A stretch of 64,000 bases of DNA from Anaerolineae bacterium. GTDB lineage: Bacteria > Chloroflexota > Anaerolineae > S140-20. Below the pieces are notes generated by a model that searched no databases, was not told the DNA's origin, and was given only the letters and a program-made list of their open reading frames with translations. Every line of letters starts with the position of its first letter. Position 1 is the first letter of the stretch. Shown in pieces: positions 61,758 to 64,000 of the stretch. A program made the position numbers and the translations under genes. The DNA lies in the NCBI GenBank assembly GCA_027021705.1, contig JALUTT010000145.1, positions 64,001-128,000 of the forward strand, written 5' to 3'.

Positions 61758-63988
61758 AAAGACCGACCGGCCTGGGATGGCAGCGCCTGCGTCCCTTCGG
61801 AGGGATTGGGCTGATCCTGGTGGCCTTCGTGGCGCTGGGATGGGCTTATGGGCTCGTCATCCCACCCTTCGAGAACCTGGACGAGATCGAGCACTTTGGG
61901 GTGGTGCGCTACGTGGCCGACACGGGGCGGCTGCCGGTGCACGGGACGCCGGACGCCGAGGTCTACGCCTATCGCCAAGAGGCCTCGCAACCGCCCCTCT
62001 ACTACCTTCTCTCGGCGGGGCTGGTCCGGCTGCTGGGGCTCCGGGCCGACGACGCCCTGCGCTTCCTGCGCTTCAACCCTTACGTGGCCTGCGGCTCCTC
62101 GGCGCTCCCCTTCGACTACAACCGGGCGATCCTCTACCACGACCCGGAGGGGGAAGCCTACCCCTGGCAGGGGACGCTCCTGATGCTCCACCTGTTGCGG
62201 GCCTGGTCCACCCTGCTCCAGGTGGCGACGGTGGTGGGCGTCTACGCCATCGCCCGCTTCGTCTTCCCCCACCGGCCTGGATTGCCGGCCCTGGCAGCCG
62301 CCATCGTCGCCTTCAATCCCCAGTTCCTCCAGGTGGCCAGCGGGGTGAACAACGACAACCTGGTGACCCCGCTGGCGACCTGGGGGCTCTACCTGCTGTT
62401 GCGGGCGCGGCAGGAAGGGCTCACAGCCCGTCGAGCCGTGCTGATCGGGCTAGTCATCGGGCTGGCGGGCCTCTCCAAGCTGAGCGGCTGGCTGTTGCTC
62501 CCCCTCTTCGGCGTGGTCGTCTTGGCCCTGGCCCGCCGCCGCACCCCTTCGACCTCCGGTCGCCGGTCCTCTCTCGTTGTTCCCTCGGCGTTGGTCGTCC
62601 TGACGGCCCTGCTCCTCAGCGGCTGGTGGTTCTGGCGCAACTGGCAGCTCTACCGGAGCCCCACCGCCCTGGAGCCGATGCTGGCCTTGGTGGGACGGCG
62701 GGCCTCGCCCATCTTCCCCCTTCTGGAGACCGGGCTGGTCTTCCGCTCCTTCTGGGGGCAGGTGGCTTGTGCCTTCTATCCGGCCCCTTTCTACGCCTTC
62801 TTCGCCCTGCTGATGGGCGCGGCCGTGGTCGGCCTGGTCGGTTGCTGGCGCGAGCGGGTCGCCGTCACCCGCCAGAGCGTACCCCTCCTGGTGCTGTGGG
62901 GGCTCCTGGTCCTGGTGGGATGGATCCGGTGGGATATGATCACCCCGGCTCCCGGGGGCCGGCTCCTCTTCCCGGCCCTGGGCGGGGTGGCCCCTCTTCT
63001 GGCCTGGGGGCTGCACCGGCTCTGGCGGGGGCTGGCCCGGCTGGGGCCACCTCTCCTGGCCGGCGTGGCGCTGGTCACCCTGGTTGCCATCCTGCGTCCC
63101 ATCTACGCCCCGCCGCCCCGCTACCCGGCGGCCGAGGCGCCAGCCATCCCCCACCCCCTGGAGGCGACCTTCGGTTCCGCCATCCGACTGCTGGGGTACG
63201 AGGCCCGGGTGGACGACGGACGTCATCGGCTGAACCTGACCCTCTACTGGCAGACGGCAGAGCATCTCTCAGAGGACTACGGGCTGGCGATCCAGATGGT
63301 CTCGATCCGGCCCGGCGACACCACGCTGCTGCTGAACGCCAACACCTGGCCGGGCCGGGGGAACTACCCCACCTCGGCCTGGGAGCCGGGTCTGGTCATC
63401 GTGGACCGTTATCGCCTGCCCCTGGCTTGGGCTGCCCATCCCACCCAGGCCTGGCGCTTGCAGGTGGTCTTCTACGAGCGGGAGACGGGGCGGCGGCTGC
63501 CGGTGCAGGTGGACGGACGGCCGGTGGGCGACGCGCTGGGGCTGGAGACGGTGCGGGTGGCCGGGCGCCCCCCGGACTGCCCGGACTCGATGGCGCTGAC
63601 CCCGGCCCCCCTCTTCGGCGAGGCCGTCGCCCTCACCCACGGGGCCGTCGAGCCCTCCGACGGGGGGCTAACGGTCCTCCTCTGCTGGCAGAGCCGCCGT
63701 CCCCTCGCCGACGACTACACCGTCTTCGTCCACGTCCACGATGGGCAGGGGGACCTGGTGGGCACGGGGGATGGACCGCCGATGGCGGGGGCATTCCCCA
63801 CCTCGCTGTGGCAGCCGGGCGATGTGGTGCGGGATGAACACCCGGTGGTCCTGCCGGCGGGCGTGGACCCGGCGCAAATCCGGGTCACCGTCGGGCTCTA
63901 CAAGCTGATGGGGGGGGAGCGGTTGCCGGTCCAGGTGGGCGCCGAGCACCGTCCCGATGGGGAGGTCGAGGTCTGGACAGGGCAGTGA
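61754..63988 (+). CDS. GT-C glycosyltransferase (DUF2142-like), paralog 3
   Basis: PPFENLDEIEH, EASQPPLYY, SGVNNDNL, GLSKLSG, GRLLFP; two C-terminal beta domains (DYTVFVH, W.PG..V.D); ATGA coupling. Confidence 0.85.
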   Translation: MKRPTGLGWQRLRPFGGIGLILVAFVALGWAYGLVIPPFENLDEIEHFGVVRYVADTGRLPVHGTPDAEVYAYRQEASQPPLYYLLSAGLVRLLGLRADDALRFLRFNPYVACGSSALPFDYNRAILYHDPEGEAYPWQGTLLMLHLLRAWSTLLQVATVVGVYAIARFVFPHRPGLPALAAAIVAFNPQFLQVASGVNNDNLVTPLATWGLYLLLRARQEGLTARRAVLIGLVIGLAGLSKLSGWLLLPLFGVVVLALARRRTPSTSGRRSSLVVPSALVVLTALLLSGWWFWRNWQLYRSPTALEPMLALVGRRASPIFPLLETGLVFRSFWGQVACAFYPAPFYAFFALLMGAAVVGLVGCWRERVAVTRQSVPLLVLWGLLVLVGWIRWDMITPAPGGRLLFPALGGVAPLLAWGLHRLWRGLARLGPPLLAGVALVTLVAILRPIYAPPPRYPAAEAPAIPHPLEATFGSAIRLLGYEARVDDGRHRLNLTLYWQTAEHLSEDYGLAIQMVSIRPGDTTLLLNANTWPGRGNYPTSAWEPGLVIVDRYRLPLAWAAHPTQAWRLQVVFYERETGRRLPVQVDGRPVGDALGLETVRVAGRPPDCPDSMALTPAPLFGEAVALTHGAVEPSDGGLTVLLCWQSRRPLADDYTVFVHVHDGQGDLVGTGDGPPMAGAFPTSLWQPGDVVRDEHPVVLPAGVDPAQIRVTVGLYKLMGGERLPVQVGAEHRPDGEVEVWTGQ

Positions 63989-64000
63989 CGTGTCTTGGGA

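Overview
High-GC chromosomal window, most consistent with a Chloroflexota (Anaerolineae-like), probably thermophilic organism. This is inferred from the C-terminal YLPxxLK-type motif, PT-rich linkers, GT-C glycosyltransferase arrays, an F420-dependent LLM enzyme and the bifunctional FBP aldolase/phosphatase. Most of the window is housekeeping and envelope genes: ftsK, tsaC, thrC, fbp, prs, a Lon-like protease, a dynamin-like GTPase, thiolase, tRNA-Gly(CCC), rph, serA with a class V aminotransferase, and several glycosyltransferases. Small toxin-antitoxin-type genes are interspersed. The main observations beyond the gene list are: (1) a 122-bp non-autonomous mobile element (MITE-1) in 6 copies with 8-bp target-site duplications, four of them inserted at or just behind sigma70 -10 boxes; (2) a second 157-bp MITE family whose end supplies stop codons to two genes; (3) a regulator-associated locus (52437 to 40153, minus strand) with a low-GC cassette in front of a tandem solute-binding protein and a MacAB-type exporter, where the cassette holds a CxxC thiol-disulfide oxidoreductase, a cryptic 6-Cys peptide frame, a neprosin/G1-peptidase-like secreted protein and a partner gene; (4) an in-frame heptamer tandem repeat inside a GT-C glycosyltransferase that could allow phase variation; (5) two peptidase homologues lacking their catalytic Glu. 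No CRISPR array, rRNA or transposase gene was seen. All calls come from visual motif recognition; no database searches were run.
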